This document shows, in pieces, positions 38,270 to 45,667 of a DNA stretch of 64,000 nt. Made by a program: the position numbers and the translations under genes. Source of the DNA: Betaproteobacteria bacterium (GTDB lineage Bacteria > Pseudomonadota > Gammaproteobacteria > Burkholderiales > SG8-41); contig CANKUB010000011.1 in assembly GCA_947486575.1 (NCBI GenBank), positions 4,030 through 68,029 on the forward strand, read 5' to 3'. Positions within the stretch are counted from its first letter, which is position 1. Each line of letters starts with the position of its first letter. The notes beneath the pieces were generated by a model, which saw nothing but the letters and a program-made list of their open reading frames with translations, searched no databases and was not told the origin of the DNA.

Positions 38270-39675
38270 TTCCCAAGCGATTTGTCGCAGCCAATGCCCG
38301 CGTAGCCTTAAAACAAGTCAGGGCCGAATTGGGCATGGATGCCGTGATTCTTTCCAATCGCAGCATTGCCGAAGGCGCTGAAATTGTCGCGGTATCGATG
38401 GCCGACATCGAGCCCCTTACTGCGTCAGCCGCCAGCTTTACCACAGCGGCGACTACGCAAGCCACTACAACAGTGATGCCGGCGTCGCCCATGCCCCATG
38501 CGCCATCACCAACAATGCTCGCACCGATGCCGCAGTACAACGCGCCTCCGTTGCGCCACGCGCTACGCACAACCCCTTCGTTGTCCGTTGCCAATCCATC
38601 CTCTGGCACCTGGCGCACGCCAGTCGCAGCGGCTGAAGTGTCGGCGCAAAGCGCCCCCGCGCAAGGCGGCTTTGATCCGCAAGCGGCCCGCGCGCAGGAA
38701 GCCACCATGCTGGCAGAAATCCGCGCCATGAAAAGCATGTTGTCCGAGCAGGTATCCAGTTTTAACTGGAGTGAAACGCTGCGGCTGCGACCATTGCGTG
38801 GCCGCATGCTGCGCACTTTACTGGATTCCGGCTTCAGCGTGTCGCTTGCACGCAGCGTGGTTGAACACATGCCCGACGACTACTCACCTGATTCTGCACG
38901 GCACTGGGTGATACAGGTACTGGCACGTAATCTGCTGACCTCCGCTGCCGGCGACCTGACCGACCGTGGTGGCGTGTATGCGCTGGTGGGGCCAACGGGC
39001 GTGGGCAAAACCACCACTACCGCCAAGCTCGCAGCGCGCTGCGTGATGAAGCATGGCCCGTCACGGCTGGGTTTGGTAATGACCGACGACTATCGGGTCG
39101 GCGCACAGGATCAATTACGCATCTATGGACGACTGCTCGGCGTGCCCGTTTATGTGGCGCAAACGCCAGACGATCTGAAGCAGGCGCTGGCCGCAATGGG
39201 CGATAAGCATCTGGTGTTGATCGACACCGTGGGCATGAGCCAGAACGATGAGCGTGTGGCGGCGCAGCATGATTTGCTGATCAGCGCTGGCGTGCAGCGT
39301 TTGCTGCTGCTCAATGCGACTGCACAAGCCGAAACACTCGAGCAGGTGGCGAAGGTGTATTGCACCCACCAGAATCGTGCGGCGCCGGTAGCGGGCGCCA
39401 TACTCACCAAGCTTGATGAGGCCGCACGGCCCGGCTGTGCGCTGGATGTGATTATTCGCCGCAAACTGGCGCTGCACTTTTGCTCCTCTGGCCAGCGCGT
39501 GCCGGAAGACCTGGAACTCGCCAATCCCGCTGCACTCGCACGACTATCGTTGCAAAAGGACATTGCGGCGGGTGGCAGCCCGATATTTTCACTGGGCGAT
39601 AACGAGGCCGGCCTGTTTATGACGCGCCCGCAATCGCTGTCGCACCCTGAGCATCTGATTGAGGTGCGCACATGA
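38266..39675 (+). CDS. flhF: Flagellar GTPase FlhF (SRP-type)
   Basis: 469 aa with G motifs LVGPTGVGKTTTTAKLAA, DTVGMSQ and LTKLDE. Confidence 0.9.
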   Translation: MIPKRFVAANARVALKQVRAELGMDAVILSNRSIAEGAEIVAVSMADIEPLTASAASFTTAATTQATTTVMPASPMPHAPSPTMLAPMPQYNAPPLRHALRTTPSLSVANPSSGTWRTPVAAAEVSAQSAPAQGGFDPQAARAQEATMLAEIRAMKSMLSEQVSSFNWSETLRLRPLRGRMLRTLLDSGFSVSLARSVVEHMPDDYSPDSARHWVIQVLARNLLTSAAGDLTDRGGVYALVGPTGVGKTTTTAKLAARCVMKHGPSRLGLVMTDDYRVGAQDQLRIYGRLLGVPVYVAQTPDDLKQALAAMGDKHLVLIDTVGMSQNDERVAAQHDLLISAGVQRLLLLNATAQAETLEQVAKVYCTHQNRAAPVAGAILTKLDEAARPGCALDVIIRRKLALHFCSSGQRVPEDLELANPAALARLSLQKDIAAGGSPIFSLGDNEAGLFMTRPQSLSHPEHLIEVRT

Positions 39676-40544
39676 TGTCGACAGCCTTGGATCAGGCCGC
39701 TGGATTGCGGCGCATGTACCTTGCGCCTGGCACGCGCGTATTGCCGGTGTTTGGCGCGCCAGAGCGGGTGCAGGTGATGGTGAATCTGGCCACAGCGCTT
39801 GCGCGCATGGAGCAGCAGGTGCTTGCGCTGGACGCGTCGCGCGGTGAAATTGCACCCGCGTTCGGTCTTTCAGCGCGGTATGAATTGAAGCACGTGCTGG
39901 ATCGCGACATTTCGTTTCAGCGGGCGACCCTGCACACCCGTTTTGGCGTGCAGGTGCTGCCTGCAGGACGCGGTATGCGCTTGCTTGCTGCGTCTGGTGT
40001 TAGTGCGTTGGATCTCTTTGAATCGCTGGCACAGATGGCGGCGCCGGTGGACCTGATCCTCGTCAACGGCGAAGCCGAAGTACGCACGGCGCGACTGCTG
40101 CCTTCGCACGGCGAGGCTTTGATGGTTTTGCCGCGTGGCGCTGAGGCCGTGCTTGAGGCCGCAGCCCGCATGAAAGCGCTGCATGCACAGTACGGATTTG
40201 AGCGTTTTCGCGTGATGATGACGCGTGCAACGTACGATGACGCGCAGGCTGCTGTCGATTTGCTGGCGCGATCAATGTTCGACCACGCCGGTATTGAAGT
40301 CGAGTTCGGCGGCAACATCCCGCCAGACCGACGGTTGTGGGAGGCCGCGCGTGCGCGCCGTACCATCTTCGATGTTGACCCCACCGGCCCGGTAGCACGC
40401 GCGTATCAGAACACAGCGACCGCCATGACCGGCTGGAATCTGACCGTGGTGACACCGGTGGTTTCACCCGAAGACGCTGGGGCGGCTGCGGCCCCCGCGG
40501 CTGCGTTTCCGGCAATGTTTCCCGCCATCACAAAACTTCACTAG
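39672..40544 (+). CDS. flhG: FlhG/FleN (MinD/ParA-family) homologue with degenerate nucleotide-binding motifs
   Basis: Its position (flhF-X-fliA) and alignable blocks (VNLATALA, VLALDA, VQVLPAG, FRVMMTRA) support the call. Where the deviant Walker A GKGGVGKT is expected, the sequence is FGAPERVQV, and the Walker B Asp position reads LILVNGE. Confidence 0.6.
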   Translation: MMSTALDQAAGLRRMYLAPGTRVLPVFGAPERVQVMVNLATALARMEQQVLALDASRGEIAPAFGLSARYELKHVLDRDISFQRATLHTRFGVQVLPAGRGMRLLAASGVSALDLFESLAQMAAPVDLILVNGEAEVRTARLLPSHGEALMVLPRGAEAVLEAAARMKALHAQYGFERFRVMMTRATYDDAQAAVDLLARSMFDHAGIEVEFGGNIPPDRRLWEAARARRTIFDVDPTGPVARAYQNTATAMTGWNLTVVTPVVSPEDAGAAAAPAAAFPAMFPAITKLH

Positions 40545-40553
40545 GACATAATC

Positions 40554-41294
40554 ATGTATACCGAAAACGGGACGTTGGATCGCAAGCAGTGCATCGAGAA
40601 ATTCTCGCCGATGGTCAAGCGCATTGCGCACCATCTGATGGCGCGCCTGCCGGCCAGTGTGCAATTGGGCGACATGGTGCAGGCGGGACTGATCGGACTG
40701 GTGGATGCCGCAGGCCGCTATGAAAACAGTCAGGGCGTGCAATTTGAAACCTATGCCGCGCAACGCATACGCGGCGCCATGCTCGATGAGCTGCGCACCA
40801 ATGATTGGGTGCCACGCGGCGTGCGCAAGGCGCAACGCAAAATAGATACCGCGCAATCGCAACTGGAGCAAATGCTCGGCCGTGCGCCGCTCGAAGCCGA
40901 AATCGCCGAGCATATGGAAATCCCGCTCGACGACTACCGCGACATGCTGAACGACACCTACGGCTTTCAATTGGTGCACGTCGACGATTTTGATCATGGT
41001 GGGGACGGCGGCGACCGCGGTGAATTTATGGATCGCCATTGTCCACCCGATCACGCCGATCCGTTTGCCATGCTGTCCGATGCGCACTTCAAAAAAGCCT
41101 TGGTCGGGGCGATTGAATTGCTGCCCGAACGTGAAAAACTGCTGATGGGGCTGTATTACGAAAAAGAGTTAAATTTCAAAGAGATAGCCGCAGTACTCGG
41201 TGTAACAGAATCGCGCGTGTGCCAGTTGCACAGTCAGGCGGTGACGCGGCTGCGCGGCAAGCTTAAGGATTGGAAAGGGCAGTGGAATAATTGA
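40554..41294 (+). CDS. fliA: Flagellar sigma factor FliA (sigma-28)
   Basis: 246 aa with region 2 (GDMVQAGLIGLVDAAGRYE...FETYAAQRIRGAMLDELR) and region 4 (ELNFKEIAAVLGVTESRVCQLHSQAVTRLR). Confidence 0.95.
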   Translation: MYTENGTLDRKQCIEKFSPMVKRIAHHLMARLPASVQLGDMVQAGLIGLVDAAGRYENSQGVQFETYAAQRIRGAMLDELRTNDWVPRGVRKAQRKIDTAQSQLEQMLGRAPLEAEIAEHMEIPLDDYRDMLNDTYGFQLVHVDDFDHGGDGGDRGEFMDRHCPPDHADPFAMLSDAHFKKALVGAIELLPEREKLLMGLYYEKELNFKEIAAVLGVTESRVCQLHSQAVTRLRGKLKDWKGQWNN

Positions 41295-41329
41295 GGCTGG
41301 GCACAATCACTGCGGCGCCGTTACAACCT

Positions 41330-41589
41330 TCAGTCCGGCGCTTTCCGCTGCTGTAGCAAGCCGCCTATCGAACACCGGAACACCGCGAAATCGATGGATG
41401 AAACGGCACCAGCATTCAACCGCAATGCACTCGCCAGATGAATGGCATCGAGTCCACGCAATGTTGCCAATGCTTTGTCCTTGGAGACACGGCTTTGCAT
41501 TGCCGCCCCGTGCCCGCTTCGCGCACGTAATGCTTGACCAGCGCCGGGGTATCGAGATGCAGAATCAATGGCGGCCTTGTTTGACCCAC
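41330..41589 (-). pseudogene. Degraded PIN-domain (VapC-like) toxin gene
   Basis: The N-terminal PIN motif ILHLDTPALVKHYVREAGT is in one frame and the C-terminal motif LRGLDAIHLASALRL is in another. The total span of about 87 codons is too short for a PIN domain, so a frameshift plus an internal deletion is inferred. Confidence 0.5.
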
Positions 41590-41671
41590 ATGGAGAGCGA
41601 CACGCCTTACGATTCGATTCGCCCTGCGGCAGGCCGACGGGCTTGCCGCCATTCCAGCGGATGCCAAACAA

Positions 41672-41816
41672 TTACGCCAGCGATGCAAGTGATGCGCTGG
41701 CTTCAAACGGCACAATGCGCGCTATAGGGAGTTTATGCGCTTTGGCCGTCACGGCTTGGCCCTCAACGGCCCTTTTGACGTAGCTACGGAGACTGGCTTG
41801 CCTGCGTGCCCATCAT
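41672..41816 (-). pseudogene. Remnant of a Phd/YefM-type antitoxin gene
   Basis: The frame encodes ...SLRSYVKRAVEGQAVTAKAHKLPIARIVPFEASASLASLA*, resembling the (GKPVARLVP) antitoxin core. The only SD-preceded ATG (41816) is in a different frame, so a 5' frameshift is apparent. Confidence 0.4.
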
Positions 41817-41991
41817 CAAAGTGCCCACACCTTTCTATTGGTGAACGCATTAGTAGCGCAGCACTGATCCGCGTAAATTTATGGGGCGCGACGCAAGTGT
41901 TCCCATGCCGCCGCCACTGTCAATCGGGTGACAGCTAAAATGTAGAAGTTGCGCGCCGATCTGACAGTTACTGATTGGTCGTGCTGGGTTG

Positions 41992-42293
41992 TCAGATCAA
42001 TTCAGTTGCGTAACGTTGGTGTCGTAGCCCTCCTTTCCGGCAATCAGAATCGGCTTGCAGTTGCATGAGTGGCTCGTAAATCTTCTTTCTGAATGGCATC
42101 TGATAGAACTCCTGCGAGATCGTCTTGTGGAAACGCTCGCAGACGCCGTCGGTTTGCGGTTGACGCATTGGCTCTTGGTATGCTCGACCCTCTCCTTTGT
42201 GGTCCGGCTTGCGCCGGAATCATGTACTAGTTTCTCCAATATGGGCCCGCTTCGAATGTTTTGAGGCTGCTGCCCAAAATGGAGGAGCATCAA
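41992..42293 (-). mobile_element. Frameshifted C-terminal fragment of a DDE (rve/integrase-core) transposase, IS481-like
   Basis: The minus strand encodes ...RVEHTKSQ / (frameshift) / PQTDGVCERFHKTISQEFYQMPFRKKIYEPLMQLQAD, the hallmark PQTNGxxERF region. The N-terminal two thirds of the transposase are absent. A 9-bp inverted repeat GATCTGACA/TGTCAGATC lies at 41959-41999. Confidence 0.55.
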
Positions 42294-42318
42294 GTGCGGG
42301 GTTCAACCATCACCAATT

Positions 42319-45234
42319 TTACATATTCAAATACTGTATCTGTGTCGTCGTGAACTGCGATATCTGCGTCGTCGTCAGTGCTCCCACTTGCGGGGCCGTC
42401 AGCGCGCCCACCTGGCTGGTCGTCAACTGTGCTACGGGCAGTGCCGTCACCTGGGTGGTGGATAGTGCTGCTATTTCCAAGGCTGAGATCGACTGGATTT
42501 GCGCCGTGCTCAAGGCACCCAGCACTGTGGTGGTCAACCCCGACACCTGCGCGGTGGTCAATGCCCCAATCTGCGCGGTGGTTAAAGTGGCTCCCAAGCC
42601 GCTGATCTGCGTGTAAATCATAGCCGCGACTTGGCTGGTTGTGATGCCTGTGACCTGCGTGGTAGATAAGGCACCCAACTGCGTGGTCGTGAGTGAGCCG
42701 ATTTCCTTGGTCGATATGGCCTGCAACTGCACCGTGCTCAAGCCGCCCAGCGTGGTGGTGCTCAGTCCCGACGCTTGCGCGGTAGTCAATGCGCCTATCT
42801 GCGAGGTGGTGAAGGCCGTACCCAGTGCGCCGATCTGGGCCGTTGTCAGCGAGGCAATTTCGCTCGTCGAGATGGCCTGCAACTGGGCTGTGCTCAAGGT
42901 TCCCAGCACCGTGGTTGTCAGACCAGCGGCTTGCGCTGTGGTCAATGCGCCAATCTGCGTGGTGGTTAAACTGGCTCCCAGGCCGCTGATCTGCGTGTAA
43001 ATCATGGCCGCGACCTGGCTGGTTGTGATGCCTGTGACCTGCGTGGTCGAAAATCCGCCCAACTGCGTGGTGGTCAGTGCGGCAATTTCCTTGGTCGAGA
43101 TCGCCTGTAACTGTGCGGTGCTCAAGCCCCCCAGCGTGGTGGTGCTCAGTCCCGATGCCTGCGCGGTGGTCAACGCGCCGATCTGCGCGGTGGTGAAGGC
43201 GGTACCCAATGCGCCAACCTGGGCCGTTGTCAGTGAGGAGATATCACTGGCTGAGATCGCCTGCAATTGAGCTGTGCTCAAGGTTCCCAGCACCGTGGTT
43301 GTCAGTCCTGAGGATTGCGCTGCGATCAGCGCATCCACTTGCGTAGTGGTGAATTTTGCCGCCAGCGTTCCAACCTGGGCGGTCGTCAGTGCCGCCACCT
43401 GACTGGTCGTGATGCCTGTGACCTGGGTGGTCGATAAGGCGCCCAACTGGGTGGTCGTCAGTGAGCCGATTTCCTTGGTGGATATCGACTGTAATTGTGC
43501 CGTGCTCAAGCTGCCCAGCGTGGTGGTGCTCAATCCTGAAGCTTGCGCCGTGGTCAGTGCACCAATCTGGCTGGTGGTGAAAGTGGTTCCCAACGCGCCG
43601 ACCTGAGCTGTCGTCAGCGAGGCAATTTCGCTCGTCGAGATGGCCTGCAACTGGGCCGTGCTCAGGGTACCCAACACGGTAGTGGTCAGTCCTGAAGCCT
43701 GCGCGGTGGTTAATGCGCCAATCTGTGTGGTGGTCAAATTGGCTGCCAATGAACTCACCTGGGCGGTCGTCAGCGCTGCTACCTGGCTGGTTGTGATGCC
43801 AGTAGCCTGTGTGGTCGATAAGGCGCCCAACTGCGTGGTCGTGAGTGAGCCGATTTCCTTGGTCGATATGGCCTGCAACTGGGCCGTGCTCAAGCTGCCC
43901 AGCGTGGTGGTGCTCAATCCTGAAGCTTGCGCCGTCGTCAGTGCGCCGATCTGCGCGGTGGTGAAAGCGGTAGTCAATGCGCCGACTTGAGCCGTTGTCA
44001 GTGCAGCGATCTCATTCGTCGAGATGGCTTGCAACTGCGCTGTAGTCAGAGTGCCTATCACCGTGGTCGTCAGTCCAGCGGCTTGCGCTGTGGTCAATGC
44101 GCCAATCTGTGTGGTGGTCAAATTGGCCGCCAATGAACTCACCTGGGCGGTCGTGAGTGCTGCCACCTGGCTGGTCGTGATTCCGGTGACCTGCGTGGTC
44201 GATAAGGCGCCCAACTGCGTGGTCGTCAGTGAACCGATTTCCTTGGTCGATATGGCCTGCAATTGCGCCGTGCTCAAGCTGCCCAGCGTGGTGGTGCTCA
44301 ATCCTGAAGCCTGCGCCGTGGTCAGTGCGCCAATTTGCGCGGTGGTGAAGGCGGTAGTCAATGCACCGACTTGAGCCGTTGTCAGTGCAGCGATTTCCTT
44401 GGTGGAGATCGCCTGCAATTGCGCCGTGCTCAGGGTTCCCAGCACCGTGGTTGTCAGTCCAGCGGCTTGCGCTGTGGTCAATGCGCCAATCTGCGTGGTG
44501 GTTAAATTAGCTGCGAGGGATCCAACCTGAGCGGCTGTGAGTGCTGCCACCTGACTGGTCGTGATGCCTGTGACCTGCGTGGTCGATAAGGCGCCCAACT
44601 GTGTGGTCGTCAGTGAGCCGATTTCCTTGGTGGATATCGACTGTAATTGTGCCGTGCTCAAGCTGCCCAGCGTGGTGGTGCTCAATCCTGAAGCTTGCGC
44701 CGTCGTCAGTGCGCCGATCTGCGCGGTGGTGAAGGCGGTAGTCAATGCACCGACTTGAGCCGTTGTCAGTGCAGCGATTTCCTTGGTGGAGATCGCCTGC
44801 AATTGCGCCGTGCTCAGGGCACCCAGCACCGTGGTTGTCAGTCCAGCGGCTTGTGCTGTGGTCAATGCGCCAATCTGTGTGGTGGTTAAATTGGCTGCCA
44901 GTGTCCCGGCCTGGCTGACCGTCAGCGCGGATACCTGACTCGTAGTCAGGGCGGCAATCTGGCTGGTTGACAAGGCCGAAACCTGTGCCGTTGTCAGAAC
45001 CGCTATGTCTGCTTTGCTGATCGCATCCAGCTGCGAGTTACTGAACAGGGCAAGTGCAGCCGTGCTGATCTGGACAATGTTTACGGTAGAGATTGCCCCG
45101 ATCTGGGCCGTCGTCAATTGCTGTGCCTGAGTCGTACTCAGGGCCTGAATATCGCTAGTGGATAGTGACGATATCTGCTTGGTGCTCAGAGCCGCGATTT
45201 GCGTCGGCGACAGGGACGATATGATGGAAGTCAT
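42319..45234 (-). CDS. 971-aa Thr/Ala/Ser/Gln-rich octapeptide-repeat protein of no family I can name
   Basis: The ATG at 45234 has AGGAG 9 nt upstream. The whole protein is a run of about 120 octads of the type L-[ST]-T-[AT]-Q-[IVL]-x-[AGS]. I see no signal peptide, TM segment, Cys or Trp, and K/E occur almost only in the ISTKEI octad. It ends inside repeat-like sequence (TTTQIQYLNM). Confidence 0.8.
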   Translation of the reverse strand: MTSIISSLSPTQIAALSTKQISSLSTSDIQALSTTQAQQLTTAQIGAISTVNIVQISTAALALFSNSQLDAISKADIAVLTTAQVSALSTSQIAALTTSQVSALTVSQAGTLAANLTTTQIGALTTAQAAGLTTTVLGALSTAQLQAISTKEIAALTTAQVGALTTAFTTAQIGALTTAQASGLSTTTLGSLSTAQLQSISTKEIGSLTTTQLGALSTTQVTGITTSQVAALTAAQVGSLAANLTTTQIGALTTAQAAGLTTTVLGTLSTAQLQAISTKEIAALTTAQVGALTTAFTTAQIGALTTAQASGLSTTTLGSLSTAQLQAISTKEIGSLTTTQLGALSTTQVTGITTSQVAALTTAQVSSLAANLTTTQIGALTTAQAAGLTTTVIGTLTTAQLQAISTNEIAALTTAQVGALTTAFTTAQIGALTTAQASGLSTTTLGSLSTAQLQAISTKEIGSLTTTQLGALSTTQATGITTSQVAALTTAQVSSLAANLTTTQIGALTTAQASGLTTTVLGTLSTAQLQAISTSEIASLTTAQVGALGTTFTTSQIGALTTAQASGLSTTTLGSLSTAQLQSISTKEIGSLTTTQLGALSTTQVTGITTSQVAALTTAQVGTLAAKFTTTQVDALIAAQSSGLTTTVLGTLSTAQLQAISASDISSLTTAQVGALGTAFTTAQIGALTTAQASGLSTTTLGGLSTAQLQAISTKEIAALTTTQLGGFSTTQVTGITTSQVAAMIYTQISGLGASLTTTQIGALTTAQAAGLTTTVLGTLSTAQLQAISTSEIASLTTAQIGALGTAFTTSQIGALTTAQASGLSTTTLGGLSTVQLQAISTKEIGSLTTTQLGALSTTQVTGITTSQVAAMIYTQISGLGATLTTAQIGALTTAQVSGLTTTVLGALSTAQIQSISALEIAALSTTQVTALPVAQLTTSQVGALTAPQVGALTTTQISQFTTTQIQYLNM
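42598..44901 (-). repeat. Six tandem, near-identical 384-bp (128-aa) higher-order units inside the repeat-protein gene, plus a partial seventh extending to about 42440
   Basis: Unit boundaries were counted from the protein (units start at aa 112, 240, 368, 496, 624, 752). Antisense ORFs recur at 384-bp and 768/1152-bp offsets (43640/44024; 42641/43409/44561). Confidence 0.9.
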
Positions 45235-45337
45235 GAGTCATTGCTCCTATATTAATTGTCTATGGTCGGTTGCTTCACCGCCAATCGCGCCACCATTTTG
45301 GAAGTCGCGACACAACGCTCCGTTGAGCCTACACACA

Positions 45338-45364
45338 TCAACGGCGCTGCTTTTAAATTCTTGA
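45338..45364 (-). promoter_or_regulatory. Putative FliA-type promoter of the repeat-protein gene
   Basis: The minus strand reads TCAAGAAT-N11-GCCGTTGA, about 100 nt upstream of the ATG. The -35 octamer is identical to those upstream of motA and the HDOD gene. Confidence 0.5.
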
Positions 45365-45667
45365 GGCTCACGTAAATCGTCGCCAGGATTCTGGACGCGA
45401 ACGGCTGCGGGGGCGTATGCAACGACAATCGGCTCAAGCGACTGGCCTTGCAGAACGTCCTGCGCAAGAAACAACTAAGGAAGCACTAAAGAAACGACTG
45501 ACCGAGTCGCTACTGAAGAATGCTGCGCAGAAAACCTGCGTACCTCATCAATACGGCGGGTGCTGGCGCGGGACAGGCCATGCAAAGCGTCAAAGCAAAG
45601 GGGCAAAGATGCGTCAGTTAGAGGCCCCCGTTCGGATCGCAGTTTTTGCGCCCGACTGATTCAGCCC

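Noticed and set aside
41330-41671. A 113-aa ORF listed in the track as a possible intact gene
   Set aside because: Only its last ~45 residues resemble a PIN domain. The PIN N-terminal motif is in another frame, so it is called a pseudogene instead.
42197-44889. A series of plus-strand ORFs (64-139 aa, Cys/Val/Ala-rich, e.g. 43640-43990 and 44024-44374) lying opposite the repeat-protein gene
   Set aside because: They are antisense shadows of the tandem repeat. They recur with the same 384-bp period, have no ribosome-binding sites, and have implausible Cys/Val composition. The minus-strand ORF is continuous for 971 codons and has a strong SD.
42440-44901. The tandem repeat array as a possible CRISPR locus
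   Set aside because: The units are 384 bp, contiguous, without unique spacers, and form one uninterrupted reading frame.
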